Shown: positions 10,416-20,465, counted from the first letter of the stretch. The stretch: DNA of 64,000 bases from an uncultured Planctomycetia bacterium (GCA_964527765.1 CAZGQR010000008.1:14264-78263); one strand, 5' to 3'. Notes: a model not told the origin generated them from the letters alone. Translations and numbers: made by a program.

Positions 10416-10646
10416 ATGGCAAGAGAATGTTATATATGCGGGAAAAAACCGGCCAGCGGCAGATCGATAAGCCGCAGAGGTATGGCGAAAAGTAAAGGGG
10501 GCGTCGGCCAGAGGATCACCGGGAAGACCCTCCGCCGGTTCACTCCCAATATCCAGACCGTTAGCGTATTGATCGGTGGAAAGAAAAAAAAGATAAAGGT
10601 CTGCGCTAAATGCATCAAGGCCGGCAAGGTCAAAAAAGTGCTCTGA
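10416..10646 (+). CDS. rpmB: 50S ribosomal protein L28
   Basis: It begins MARECYICGKKP, has the L28 fold, and is 76 aa. It is the only plus-strand gene in the window. Confidence 0.85.
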   Translation: MARECYICGKKPASGRSISRRGMAKSKGGVGQRITGKTLRRFTPNIQTVSVLIGGKKKKIKVCAKCIKAGKVKKVL

Positions 10647-10649
10647 AGA

Positions 10650-12359
10650 TCAGATGACAACCTGAAGATCCTTGATATTGAGCTGGATTGAATCGACCCC
10701 CGCCCAGCTGTTGATCGAGGGAGTATAAGCAAGGTTTATAATATCCCCCGACCTGGGCTTTTCAATATCCTTCTTTCTGAACGTTACCGCCTCGCAGGTA
10801 AGGTTCCCGCAGGTCGCCAGGAACTTAAAACCGTTCTTACCTATATCGCGCGGTGAATTCTTCACCTTTATGCCGCCCGTGCAAAAAATCGGTTCGCTGT
10901 TATCGGGACCGTGCGGCATAAGCATCTTGAGCTCATCGATAAGCTTCACGCCTATGTGCGAGAACGGCAGGCGAAGGTCTATCTTGAGTTCCGGGACCAC
11001 GGCCTCGCTTTGCACGGAATACTTTGCAGCCGCCTTATTCAGATCCTTCCTGAACGGCTCGATGTTTTGCTTTGCTATTTTTATACCGCACGCCTGTTCA
11101 TGCCCGCCGAAATCCACCAGATGGGCCCTGGCCTCGCTGATAGCGCCAAAAAGGTTGAATCCTTCCACGCTCCTGCCGGAACCTTTTCCCCTGTCGCCTT
11201 CGGTGGCTATCAGGATCACGGGCTTGCAGTACTCCTCCGTCAGCCGGGAGGCGACTATTCCGATAACGCCCGGATGCCAGTTTTCATCCGCCAAAACGAT
11301 GACCTTCTCCTTCTCCGGGTCCATCTCCTCTTTTACCCGCTGGAAAGCCTGTTTCAATATGTTTTTCTCGATATTCTGACGGTTCCTGTTTTCGCTGTCA
11401 AGAAGACGGGCGATCTCGCGGGCCCTGACGCTATCCCCGCACCTCAAAAGATCAAGGGCCACATTAGCGGATCCGACACGGCCCATCGCGTTTATCCGCG
11501 GCGCGAGGGCAAAACCTATATGCCTGCAAGTCAGCTTCTCGGGATTTACCCTTGCCACGTCCATAAGAGCTCTCAATCCGACCTTGTCGGTCTTCCTGAG
11601 TTCCTTTAGCCCGTTCTTTGCCAGTATCCGGTTCTCTCCCTTAAGCGGAACGATATCCGCTATGGTGCCGAGAGCCACAAGATCGAGATGCCTGTCCGCG
11701 AGCTCTTCCCGCCCTTTCATGAGAGCCCGGGCCAGTTTATACGCCACGCCGACACCCGCCAGGTAGTTGAAAGGATAAGAACAATCCGGCTGATGCGGGT
11801 CGATTATGGCGTACGCCGGCGGATGACTGCCCCCTTTTACGACATGATGGTCCGTAACGATCACGTCTATACCGTAATTATTCGCGCATTTTATTTCCTC
11901 CATGGAATTGATACCGCAATCCACGGTAACGATCAGCTTGACCCCGCGGTCCCTGGCCAGCGCCACGGCCCTTATATTAAGCCCGTACCCTTCTTCCAGC
12001 CGGTTCGGTATGAACGTGTCGTATTCCGCGCCTAAATGATCGAATATATCGGCGAGAAGCGCCGTGGAGGTCACCCCGTCCACATCATAATCGCCGTAGA
12101 TCAATATTTTTTCTTTATTGTCTATCGCTTTCTTTATCCTTTCCACGCCCCTGGCCATGTCCTTCATGAGGAACGGGTCGCTGCAGGAGGAAAACTCGCC
12201 GAAAAGGAATTCCTGGGCCTGCTCGGGGGTCCTGATATTGCGGTTCAGCAAAAGCTGCGCGAAAAGGGGTGATATACCCAGAGCATCACTGAGCACTTTT
12301 TGCAGCCGCGGGTTGGCTTCGTATAATTTCCAGTTCATTCCCATGTCAGACTGATTCAA
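10650..12359 (-). CDS. recJ: Single-stranded-DNA-specific exonuclease RecJ
   Basis: It has a DHH domain (DHH at VTDHH), DHHA1 and a C-terminal OB-like region. It is 569 aa. Confidence 0.88.
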   Translation of the reverse strand: MNQSDMGMNWKLYEANPRLQKVLSDALGISPLFAQLLLNRNIRTPEQAQEFLFGEFSSCSDPFLMKDMARGVERIKKAIDNKEKILIYGDYDVDGVTSTALLADIFDHLGAEYDTFIPNRLEEGYGLNIRAVALARDRGVKLIVTVDCGINSMEEIKCANNYGIDVIVTDHHVVKGGSHPPAYAIIDPHQPDCSYPFNYLAGVGVAYKLARALMKGREELADRHLDLVALGTIADIVPLKGENRILAKNGLKELRKTDKVGLRALMDVARVNPEKLTCRHIGFALAPRINAMGRVGSANVALDLLRCGDSVRAREIARLLDSENRNRQNIEKNILKQAFQRVKEEMDPEKEKVIVLADENWHPGVIGIVASRLTEEYCKPVILIATEGDRGKGSGRSVEGFNLFGAISEARAHLVDFGGHEQACGIKIAKQNIEPFRKDLNKAAAKYSVQSEAVVPELKIDLRLPFSHIGVKLIDELKMLMPHGPDNSEPIFCTGGIKVKNSPRDIGKNGFKFLATCGNLTCEAVTFRKKDIEKPRSGDIINLAYTPSINSWAGVDSIQLNIKDLQVVI

Positions 12360-13243
12360 TCAATATCCCCTGAAGGTTCGACGTGAACGATGACGTCTTT
12401 CACGTTCGGCATCGCCCTGAATATTTCTCTCCTGATCTTCATCGTCACCAGATGCCCTTCCTTAACGGTCTTGCTGCCGTCCACCCCTACGGTAACCTCA
12501 ACGAAAAACTCTATTCCGGTCTTCCTTGCCATTATTTTTTTCACCTCTTCGACCCCATCCACGCTGCTTATCGTATCTTTTATCCTGTTTCTCAATTCAC
12601 TGGGTGGAGCCGCGTCCATTAATTCATCGTAAGCCATGTGAAAAGTTTCAACGCCCATCTTGATTATGAAGCCGGCCACGATGATACCGGCAAGGGGATC
12701 CATGAATGTCCTGCCGAGCTTGGCCCCGGTGATACCTATGATCGCCGCGACCGATGACAGGACATCGCTTCTATGGTGCCGCGCGTCAGCTTTCAGCGAA
12801 GTGCTGTTTATCTTATTGCCCGCGGACATGACACGCCGATAAGTGATCTCTTTTACGATAATGGAAATAAGGGCCGCGATAAAAGCGATACTTCCGGGTT
12901 CGGTCATGTTCCCGGCTATCAGTATCCTCGCGGAATCATAAGCTATCCCCAGGCCGACCGCTATCAGGATAAGCGAGACGATCTTTGCCGCGATGGATTC
13001 TGCCCGGCCGTGCCCGAAAGGATGGTGTTCATCGGCGGGTTTTCGCGCGATCTTGAATCCGATAAAAACACCTATCGAGGTCAGGGCGTCGCTTGCCGTA
13101 TGGAACGCGTCGGCGATAATGGCCTGGGACCTGCCGAAAATGCCGGCGAAAAGTTTCATCACGAAAAGCAGGATATTACTGAGAATGCCCAGCCAGGCAC
13201 CTTTTTCGCCTATCTTGTAACCATATTCGTAACTGTGCGGCAT
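12356..13243 (-). CDS. Cation diffusion facilitator family transporter
   Basis: It has six TM segments, HxxxD motifs (ADAFHTASD, HHRSD) and a C-terminal cytoplasmic domain. Confidence 0.85.
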   Translation of the reverse strand: MPHSYEYGYKIGEKGAWLGILSNILLFVMKLFAGIFGRSQAIIADAFHTASDALTSIGVFIGFKIARKPADEHHPFGHGRAESIAAKIVSLILIAVGLGIAYDSARILIAGNMTEPGSIAFIAALISIIVKEITYRRVMSAGNKINSTSLKADARHHRSDVLSSVAAIIGITGAKLGRTFMDPLAGIIVAGFIIKMGVETFHMAYDELMDAAPPSELRNRIKDTISSVDGVEEVKKIMARKTGIEFFVEVTVGVDGSKTVKEGHLVTMKIRREIFRAMPNVKDVIVHVEPSGDID

Positions 13244-13283
13244 TATTGGACCATAAGGAATGGCACTGCGTTACCCGTGCGCC

Positions 13284-15512
13284 CTATCGCTTTGCTAGCT
13301 TTCTTCCCGGCCAGTCGATCAAGAGCGGGCTGGCAATGAATATGGAAGAATATGTGCCCACTATCACGCCGACGAGGAGCACAAAAGAAAAGTCGTTGAT
13401 CACCGTGCCCCCGAAGATGAACAGCGCAAGGACGACGACCAGGGTTGTCAGAGACGTCAATACCGTGCGTGAAAGCGTCTGATTTATACTGGTGTTTATT
13501 ATTTCTTCCTGTCCGGCTTTACGCATGAATTTCCTGTCCTCCCTTATGCGGTCAAAAAGCACTATCGTGTCGTTTATTGAATAACCGACGATGGTCAAAA
13601 GCGCTGCTATGACGGGCAGTGATATCTCGCGGCCCGTAAGCGCGATCATGCCGAGGGAGACCAGAACATCATGAATGAGCGCTATTATGGCGGTTACGGC
13701 GAACCTGAACTCGAACCGGAAAGAGATATACAGGCACATGCCTATCATGGCGAAGATCAGCGCCTTGATCGCCGCTCTTCTGAGATCCTCCCCGACCGCG
13801 GGACCGACTGTTTCCACCCTCATCACCTCAAAGGACTCCGGGCCGAACCTTTCGCGAAGACCGGAAATTATTTCCTCGGTCTTTCCGCTGAAAGACCTGA
13901 TTATGATCTCCTTGCCTTCCCCGAACTGCTGGATCGCGGATTCACCGAGCCCGGCACTGGAAAGAACGTTCCTTACCTCCGTAACAGGCACGACTTCGGT
14001 AAACTTGAACTGCTGCAGTGTCCCGCCGGTAAAATCCACACCGTAATTCTTCTCTCCGCGCTGCATGAAAAGGACCATTCCGCCCGCGATCACCAGGATC
14101 GAAAGCGCGTACGCTATCTTGCGTATTTTGACGAACGGGATGTTCGGCTGGCTGAAAAACTGCAGCATGGGAAGCTTCTGCATCTGAGGTTTATTTATGG
14201 TAATAACGTCGAATACGAGACGCGTTACCACCAGCGCGGTGAACATGCTGGCGATAATACCTATGCTGAGGACCGTGGCGAACCCCCTGACGGGGCCGGT
14301 ACCGAACTGAAAAAGTATGAGCGCGGTGATCAACGTCGTCACGTTGGCGTCCAGAATGGTCCAGAACGCCTTGTCATAACCGGCGTGAATGGCCGCCCTG
14401 AGGGACTTGCCGAGCCTGGACTCCTCGCGTATGCGTTCGAATATAAGCACGTTAGCGTCAACGGCCATGCCGATCGTAAGAACGAGACCGGCTATGCCCG
14501 GAAGAGTGAGCGTGGCGCCGAAATACGACAGCGCGCCGGTTATGATCAGTATGTTCAAAACAAGGGCAAAATCCGCTATCACGCCGGCGAGAAGATAATA
14601 TATCGCCATGAACGCAAGAACACATATCCCGCCGATGATGATGGCGTTGATGCCTCTCTCCACCGAATCCTTGCCGAGGCCCGGCCCCACGCTGCGTTCC
14701 TCTATGATCTCAACGGGAGCCGGCAATGCGCCGGCCCTCAATACCAGCGCGATATCCTTGGCTTCCTGAACCGAAAAATTGCCGGTTATCTGCGCTCTCC
14801 CGGAAGGTATCCTCTCGCGTATGACCGGGGCCGTATAGGGCTCTCCGTCAAGGACGACGGCCAGCCTGCGGCCGACGTTGGCGCCGGTCGTGTCGGCGAA
14901 GACAGCCCCGCCCTTATCGTTCAGCGTAAGAGAAACGTAAGGCTGGCCGAATCCCTGCTGGCTGAACTCGGTGGTAGCATCTACCAGCATATCTCCTGTC
15001 AGTACGACGTCCGTCTCGATAAGAAGCGTTTCCGTCTTGTCGTCCCTGGTCTTCATCTCCTCAAGTTCATACCCTTCGATCTTCTCTCCCGCCAGGGCCT
15101 TCTTGAGAAGCTCCGGATTGTCGCTCACGAGCCGGAATTCCAGATGAGCGGTCCGGCCTATGATCTCTTTGGCCCTTTCTCTGTCGGTAACGCCGGGGAG
15201 CTGGACAAGTATCCGGTCCTTGCCCTGAAGCTGTATGACGGGTTCAAGGACGCCGAACTGGTCTATTCTGTTCCGTATGATCTCAAGGGCGCGCGCGGGA
15301 GCATCTTTCGCTTCATTGGGAGACAATTTGGAAAGATCCACCCGAAGCACCAGGTGCATGCCGCCCTGCAGGTCAAGCCCGAGATTCAATTTCCCTTCCT
15401 GGGCGACATTTCCTTCCTTGTCGTAAATATCCAGCGGCGGATATGAAAACCATATCGCCAGGGCCGCGATCAGGACCACCAAGGCACTTTTCCACTTAAG
15501 TCTTTTCCACAT
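13284..15512 (-). CDS. secDF: Protein-export membrane protein SecDF (fused)
   Basis: It is 742 aa. The N-terminal SecD periplasmic domain and the C-terminal SecF TM bundle are in a single frame. Confidence 0.88.
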   Translation of the reverse strand: MWKRLKWKSALVVLIAALAIWFSYPPLDIYDKEGNVAQEGKLNLGLDLQGGMHLVLRVDLSKLSPNEAKDAPARALEIIRNRIDQFGVLEPVIQLQGKDRILVQLPGVTDRERAKEIIGRTAHLEFRLVSDNPELLKKALAGEKIEGYELEEMKTRDDKTETLLIETDVVLTGDMLVDATTEFSQQGFGQPYVSLTLNDKGGAVFADTTGANVGRRLAVVLDGEPYTAPVIRERIPSGRAQITGNFSVQEAKDIALVLRAGALPAPVEIIEERSVGPGLGKDSVERGINAIIIGGICVLAFMAIYYLLAGVIADFALVLNILIITGALSYFGATLTLPGIAGLVLTIGMAVDANVLIFERIREESRLGKSLRAAIHAGYDKAFWTILDANVTTLITALILFQFGTGPVRGFATVLSIGIIASMFTALVVTRLVFDVITINKPQMQKLPMLQFFSQPNIPFVKIRKIAYALSILVIAGGMVLFMQRGEKNYGVDFTGGTLQQFKFTEVVPVTEVRNVLSSAGLGESAIQQFGEGKEIIIRSFSGKTEEIISGLRERFGPESFEVMRVETVGPAVGEDLRRAAIKALIFAMIGMCLYISFRFEFRFAVTAIIALIHDVLVSLGMIALTGREISLPVIAALLTIVGYSINDTIVLFDRIREDRKFMRKAGQEEIINTSINQTLSRTVLTSLTTLVVVLALFIFGGTVINDFSFVLLVGVIVGTYSSIFIASPLLIDWPGRKLAKR

Positions 15513-15532
15513 ATTTTCGTGACCTTCCCTTT

Positions 15533-15856
15533 TTATTCCGTCCTGGGCTTCTTGAGCCTGGATATGGAGTTTTTCTGGATCTTCATCCTGGTATTGTCAT
15601 CGATACGAAGAGTCACCACATCATCCTGTATGTTGACTATGGTGCCGTGAATGCCGCCGGAGGTGACGACCTCGTCGTTCTTGGCCAGCGCCTCAAGCAT
15701 TTTTGCGTGTTCCCGCTGGGCTTTTTTCTGCGGCCGGATGAGCAAAAAATAAAAAATGACAAAAATAAGCGCTATCGGCATCAGACTCACCAGCGGACTC
15801 TGCTGGGCCGGACCCGGCCCGGCCGAAGCGCCTTGCGCGAATGCTAAAGTCAGCAT
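15533..15856 (-). CDS. yajC: Preprotein translocase subunit YajC
   Basis: It is 107 aa with a single TM segment and contains LIRPQKK. It lies next to secDF. Confidence 0.85.
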   Translation of the reverse strand: MLTLAFAQGASAGPGPAQQSPLVSLMPIALIFVIFYFLLIRPQKKAQREHAKMLEALAKNDEVVTSGGIHGTIVNIQDDVVTLRIDDNTRMKIQKNSISRLKKPRTE

Positions 15857-15950
15857 AACGGTATCCTTTCCTTTTTATTGTGATTTTCTCACGGGGTAAA
15901 AACAAACCCAATTATACCTATATATACGGAAAAAAACAATACGCCCCGCA

Positions 15951-17093
<1,143 letters not shown>

Positions 17094-17121
17094 TCACGCT
17101 TGAAAACATTTGCGGAATGAC

Positions 17122-17478
17122 TCATGAAAGTTCTTCGACAGCCCTGACAAGATTGTCCACACTGCCGCTTTTGACCAGGAACCGGTCCGCCGTCCGGGCA
17201 TAAACGCTGTTCTCGTATTCATGATAACCGGTATAGATAATGATCCGGGAATACGGAGAGATCTGTTTAAGAGTGGAAAAAATGGACAGTCCGTCCTTTC
17301 CGGGCATCATCAGGTCCAGGATGATAACGGCCGGGGTATTGTCCTCCAGATATGCAAGAAGTTCATAACCGTTGTAAACCGAATCTGCCTCATACCCTGA
17401 TCTTACCAGTATATCGACTACCAGTTCACACAGTGTCCTATTATCGTCGGCTATGACTATCTTTCCCCGCTGCTGCAT
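17122..17478 (-). CDS. Stand-alone response regulator receiver (CheY-like)
   Basis: It contains IADDN, ILDLMMPGKDG (the phospho-Asp) and T/K motifs. The ATG at 17478 has a GGGGTGG Shine-Dalgarno sequence. The track start at 17493 is a TTG. Confidence 0.75.
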   Translation of the reverse strand: MQQRGKIVIADDNRTLCELVVDILVRSGYEADSVYNGYELLAYLEDNTPAVIILDLMMPGKDGLSIFSTLKQISPYSRIIIYTGYHEYENSVYARTADRFLVKSGSVDNLVRAVEELS

Positions 17479-17511
17479 AGTCCCACCCCGCAAGCATGGC
17501 CTTAGCGTCCC

Positions 17512-17541
17512 ATTGTATCACCACTGTCGCCGGGTTGTCAA
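17512..17541 (-). promoter_or_regulatory. Predicted sigma70 promoter for the response regulator
   Basis: On the minus strand the -35 is TTGACA (perfect) and the spacer is 18 nt. An extended -10 TGaTACAAT follows, about 34 nt upstream of the ATG. Confidence 0.45.
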
Positions 17542-17587
17542 TCAAGCGATACCCCGGACAGCGTAAAAAATCCTGCTGATTTTATGT

Positions 17588-17670
17588 TCAAGAGCACAGT
17601 GCGTTCCCTATCAGGGCCCCTCCGCCCGGTGTGGATCCTCCCTGTACGGGAACACACTGTGCTCTTTGAT
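17588..17670. repeat. Long imperfect inverted repeat (19-bp arms, one mismatch) with a structured 45-nt loop
   Basis: The arms are aagagcacagtgcgttccc and gggaacacactgtgctctt. The loop has an inner caggg/ccctg stem and a ggatcc palindrome. The element sits between the VanZ-like stop and the response-regulator promoter. Confidence 0.6.
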
Positions 17671-17676
17671 CAAATT

Positions 17677-18225
17677 TCAAGGTTTTTGAGGTTCCTTTAA
17701 AATGTTAAATCTTATTACCATCAAAGCTATTACACTGCCCGCGGCATTCAGGACGGCATCCCTCCAGTCAAAGACCCTGTTCGGCAGTAACAGCTGAATG
17801 ATCTCATCCAGAAAACCCGCACTCAGGCAGAACAGGGAACCGAAAAGATAGAGTTTTTTATCGAACCTGTCGATGTCTATTTTCAGCGCGTTATAAACAA
17901 AAACCCCCAGAAGCGCGTATTCGATCAGATGTATCTTCTCCACGGGGAATCTCGACAGTCTGTTCAGCGCCAGGAATATCCAGACGAACAGAAAGAATAA
18001 AAGGTAACTGTTCGGGGACCTTTCTTTTTTCACAAAGATCATATAAGCAAAGAGGCAGACAGCCGCGATGAAAAAGACGATGTACACCGGGATAGTGCCT
18101 TTACCGCCTAAAGATGCGTTAAACCCGTCCCAGATCCGCGGAGCGACCCCGAGAGTGGAATAAACAACCATCAGGTATAACGCGGTTATCGCCCACCAGA
18201 CTTTTCTCAGGTATTTCTTTCTCAT
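17677..18225 (-). CDS. VanZ-like family membrane protein
   Basis: It has 4-5 TM segments and contains EKIHLIEYALLGVF and GFLDEIIQLLLPNRVFDWRDAVLNAAG, matching the VanZ-family conserved core. The start was chosen at MRKKYL to avoid a long overlap with the upstream gene. Confidence 0.65.
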   Translation of the reverse strand: MRKKYLRKVWWAITALYLMVVYSTLGVAPRIWDGFNASLGGKGTIPVYIVFFIAAVCLFAYMIFVKKERSPNSYLLFFLFVWIFLALNRLSRFPVEKIHLIEYALLGVFVYNALKIDIDRFDKKLYLFGSLFCLSAGFLDEIIQLLLPNRVFDWRDAVLNAAGSVIALMVIRFNILKEPQKP

Positions 18226-18248
18226 AAGACCCTTCTTTAAACCGCGGT

Positions 18249-19430
18249 TTACTCCGCAGGCGCGGCCACTGCGGACCTTCTGCGGGTACATACGGTTTTG
18301 AGCGTTTTACCGAAAATTATAAGAAAATGCCTTATCAAATAGGGGTACACCATAAAACTCAACAGGACAAATTTCACCGTATCCCATATGCTGTCGAACA
18401 TGACCAGTTCGGCAATGTAACCCGTGCTTGTGCCGGCATTTCTTATCTTACGGAAGAACCAGCGGTCGCTTTTTTTTGCCGACCGCCCCAGGTCCTCGAA
18501 CACCGCCCCGGGCACAGGCGTGCCGAACATATTCTTCGTGAAAAGAAGCGCGTAATAAAGCGGTTTTCTTATCCTGTACTTCCCGGCGGCGCCTGTCACC
18601 TCTTCCCAGCTTATCTCCCCCTCATGCTTCCGGATAAACTCATTGATATCGACATACCATCTGACACCCGAGAAGCTGTGCTGCATGGATACGTGCAGGC
18701 ACTGATAAAGAAGCGTGTGGACGATATCCAGCGTGCGTAACCTCACACCGCCCGCGCTGAGCACTCTCGCACGCTCCAGGATCCCGTTCACATCCATATT
18801 GAGGATCCTGTTGTGCAGCATGCGCCCGATAAAACTCCTGTGAACATCCAGGCATATCCCGTCGTCCCGGACATACAGTTTCTGGGCCCTGTAATCATCG
18901 GGGTCCCCCTTGCCGTCAGAGGGCGTAAATCCCTGCGCCTTCAATATCCCGTGGACCTTCCGCGCGTCTTCCGGCCGCACCAGCAGGTCGATATCAGCCA
19001 TCTCCCTGAGGCCGATATCGCCGTACACATCCATCAGATAGGAAACCCCTTTCGTGAAGATCACGTCCACCCTTTCCTTCCGGAAAAGATCCGACAGCGA
19101 TCCGGCGGCATCGAGGTTCCTGACATTGTAAGCAAAGATCTCGGCGGTCCATTCCCTCAAACGGGCATTCACCCTTTCGGGGATACCGCCGAAACCCTGC
19201 AGGGACCTGTAAGCGAGCGGGGACACCTGATATACATTGGCGAGTTCCAGGAAGCGGTCCCAGTCCACTTTTCCCGAGCGAAGTATCGACCCCGCTTCCG
19301 ACCGCTCCTTTTCGCCTAGAGACGTCCTGGAAAAGAGGATGACGAGCTTTTCCTCGACAGCCCTCGGTCCGGAAGGGCCGAGATCAATGGCCGGAAAAAT
19401 ATCTATCTGCTGCGTGATCATTCTGGGCAT
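18249..19430 (-). CDS. Uncharacterised nucleotidyltransferase family protein (NTP_transf_5 / PF14907-like)
   Basis: It contains ADIDLLV and a surrounding GS...D.D-type Pol-beta-like nucleotidyltransferase core. It is about 390 aa with an alpha-helical C-terminus. This architecture is typical of the family that recurs in RiPP neighbourhoods. Confidence 0.65.
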   Translation of the reverse strand: MPRMITQQIDIFPAIDLGPSGPRAVEEKLVILFSRTSLGEKERSEAGSILRSGKVDWDRFLELANVYQVSPLAYRSLQGFGGIPERVNARLREWTAEIFAYNVRNLDAAGSLSDLFRKERVDVIFTKGVSYLMDVYGDIGLREMADIDLLVRPEDARKVHGILKAQGFTPSDGKGDPDDYRAQKLYVRDDGICLDVHRSFIGRMLHNRILNMDVNGILERARVLSAGGVRLRTLDIVHTLLYQCLHVSMQHSFSGVRWYVDINEFIRKHEGEISWEEVTGAAGKYRIRKPLYYALLFTKNMFGTPVPGAVFEDLGRSAKKSDRWFFRKIRNAGTSTGYIAELVMFDSIWDTVKFVLLSFMVYPYLIRHFLIIFGKTLKTVCTRRRSAVAAPAE

Positions 19431-20138
19431 TTAAAAAAGGTCTATAAAGCTGCTGCCGGTCACGTGGATATCGGACCCGGGACCGTACCGCCTTTCCGCT
19501 GTTTCGATGATCCTCTCAAGAAACCTGCCGGCAAACTCAGCGTTCCTGTCCCTGTGCCTGACATGTATATCGACGATAACACCGTGTTCCTTTTCCATCC
19601 TAACCGCGGCATTCGCGCTCCTGGATCCTCCCACAAAAGCATAGACCTTAAATCCGCCCCTGCTCTTGTGGACGGTGAAAAACATGCCTCTATAAAAAAG
19701 CTTTCTGGTGTTCCTATAAAGCGCGCCTTTGGAAAAAACCAAAAGGACCGGATCGAGGAATCTCCTCTTAATAAGAAGAGGTGTCAGGTTATGGCGTGAA
19801 AGAACGGCGATGACCCTGCCTGCCCGGCGCCGGAGGAAGGAATCCAGGGCAAAGACCCTGTCGCCTCTTTTTACGGTTACCACTTTCCCTCTGACCCCTG
19901 AAAAAGGGACCATCTCGCCTGAACCGGCAAGGGTATTATCGCCCTTGGTAACCAAATATTCCTCTTTCTTATTGACACTGAGAACACGATGGATAGCGGT
20001 CGTCCCGTTCCCGGAGATACTGTAAGTTATTATATCGCCTGACCCGATCAAACAGGGGTCGAATTCCTGACATATACATTCGTCCAGGGTTTTGATAAAA
20101 GGATACATGCTCTGGCCGTGAACAATGATCTTGCTCAT
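19431..20138 (-). CDS. Signal peptidase I-like (S26/S24 Ser-Lys) domain fused to a C-terminal domain of unknown function, possibly GNAT-like
   Basis: The N-terminus contains IVHGQSMYPF (Ser nucleophile box) and YLVTKGDNTLAGSGE (Lys / box-E-like). The C-terminal ~110 aa have no clear motif. It lies immediately downstream of the candidate precursor gene. Confidence 0.6.
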   Translation of the reverse strand: MSKIIVHGQSMYPFIKTLDECICQEFDPCLIGSGDIITYSISGNGTTAIHRVLSVNKKEEYLVTKGDNTLAGSGEMVPFSGVRGKVVTVKRGDRVFALDSFLRRRAGRVIAVLSRHNLTPLLIKRRFLDPVLLVFSKGALYRNTRKLFYRGMFFTVHKSRGGFKVYAFVGGSRSANAAVRMEKEHGVIVDIHVRHRDRNAEFAGRFLERIIETAERRYGPGSDIHVTGSSFIDLF

Positions 20139-20154
20139 AAAAAAATCAAGGTTA

Positions 20155-20454
20155 TTAAATGACGCCTAACCCGCTCTTGCACGTGTTAAAAGCGGCGTTG
20201 CCGTCTTTACAGGAAATAGTAGCCATCATGCCGTCCTTGCAGTGTTTCGGGGTCGGAGAATACTGGGATCCGGTAGAGCACCCCAGCGTGGCCGTACCCC
20301 CGTCCCTACATTGCCCGCCGGCCACCGCGCCGAAATCACAGAGCTGGCCCGCGCTGTGCCCGCTTTTGCAGTTGAACGCCTGGGCCCCCTTGATCGTCGC
20401 GCTGCTCAGATCGTGTGCGAGGGGCGGTGTGTATTTCTTCTTTTTCCTTTTCAT
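20155..20454 (-). CDS. Candidate RiPP/cofactor precursor peptide: 99 aa, Gly-rich, 7 Cys, seven C-x-x-G repeats
   Basis: It has a strong GAGGTGA Shine-Dalgarno sequence 6 nt upstream of the ATG. The sequence is MKRKKKKYTPPLAHDLSSATIKGAQAFN-CKSG-...-CDFG-...-CRDG-...-CSTG-...-CKDG-...-CKDG-...-CKSG-LGVI. It has no hydrophobic signal peptide. It is flanked by PqqD, peptidase, rSAM/SPASM and ABC exporter genes. Confidence 0.6.
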   Translation of the reverse strand: MKRKKKKYTPPLAHDLSSATIKGAQAFNCKSGHSAGQLCDFGAVAGGQCRDGGTATLGCSTGSQYSPTPKHCKDGMMATISCKDGNAAFNTCKSGLGVI

Positions 20455-20465
20455 GCATCACCTCT

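Noticed and set aside
13671-15446. 591-aa plus-strand ORF
   Set aside because: It is antisense to secDF. It has a low-complexity Arg/Gly/His/Asp-rich composition with no domain. It is a shadow ORF of a GC-rich coding region.
20155-20454. SCIFF/ranthipeptide-type six-Cys precursor
   Set aside because: The Cys spacing (C-x-x-G every 8-15 residues, 7 Cys, 99 aa) does not fit the ~45-aa SCIFF CxxxC pattern. It is kept only as a general thioether candidate.
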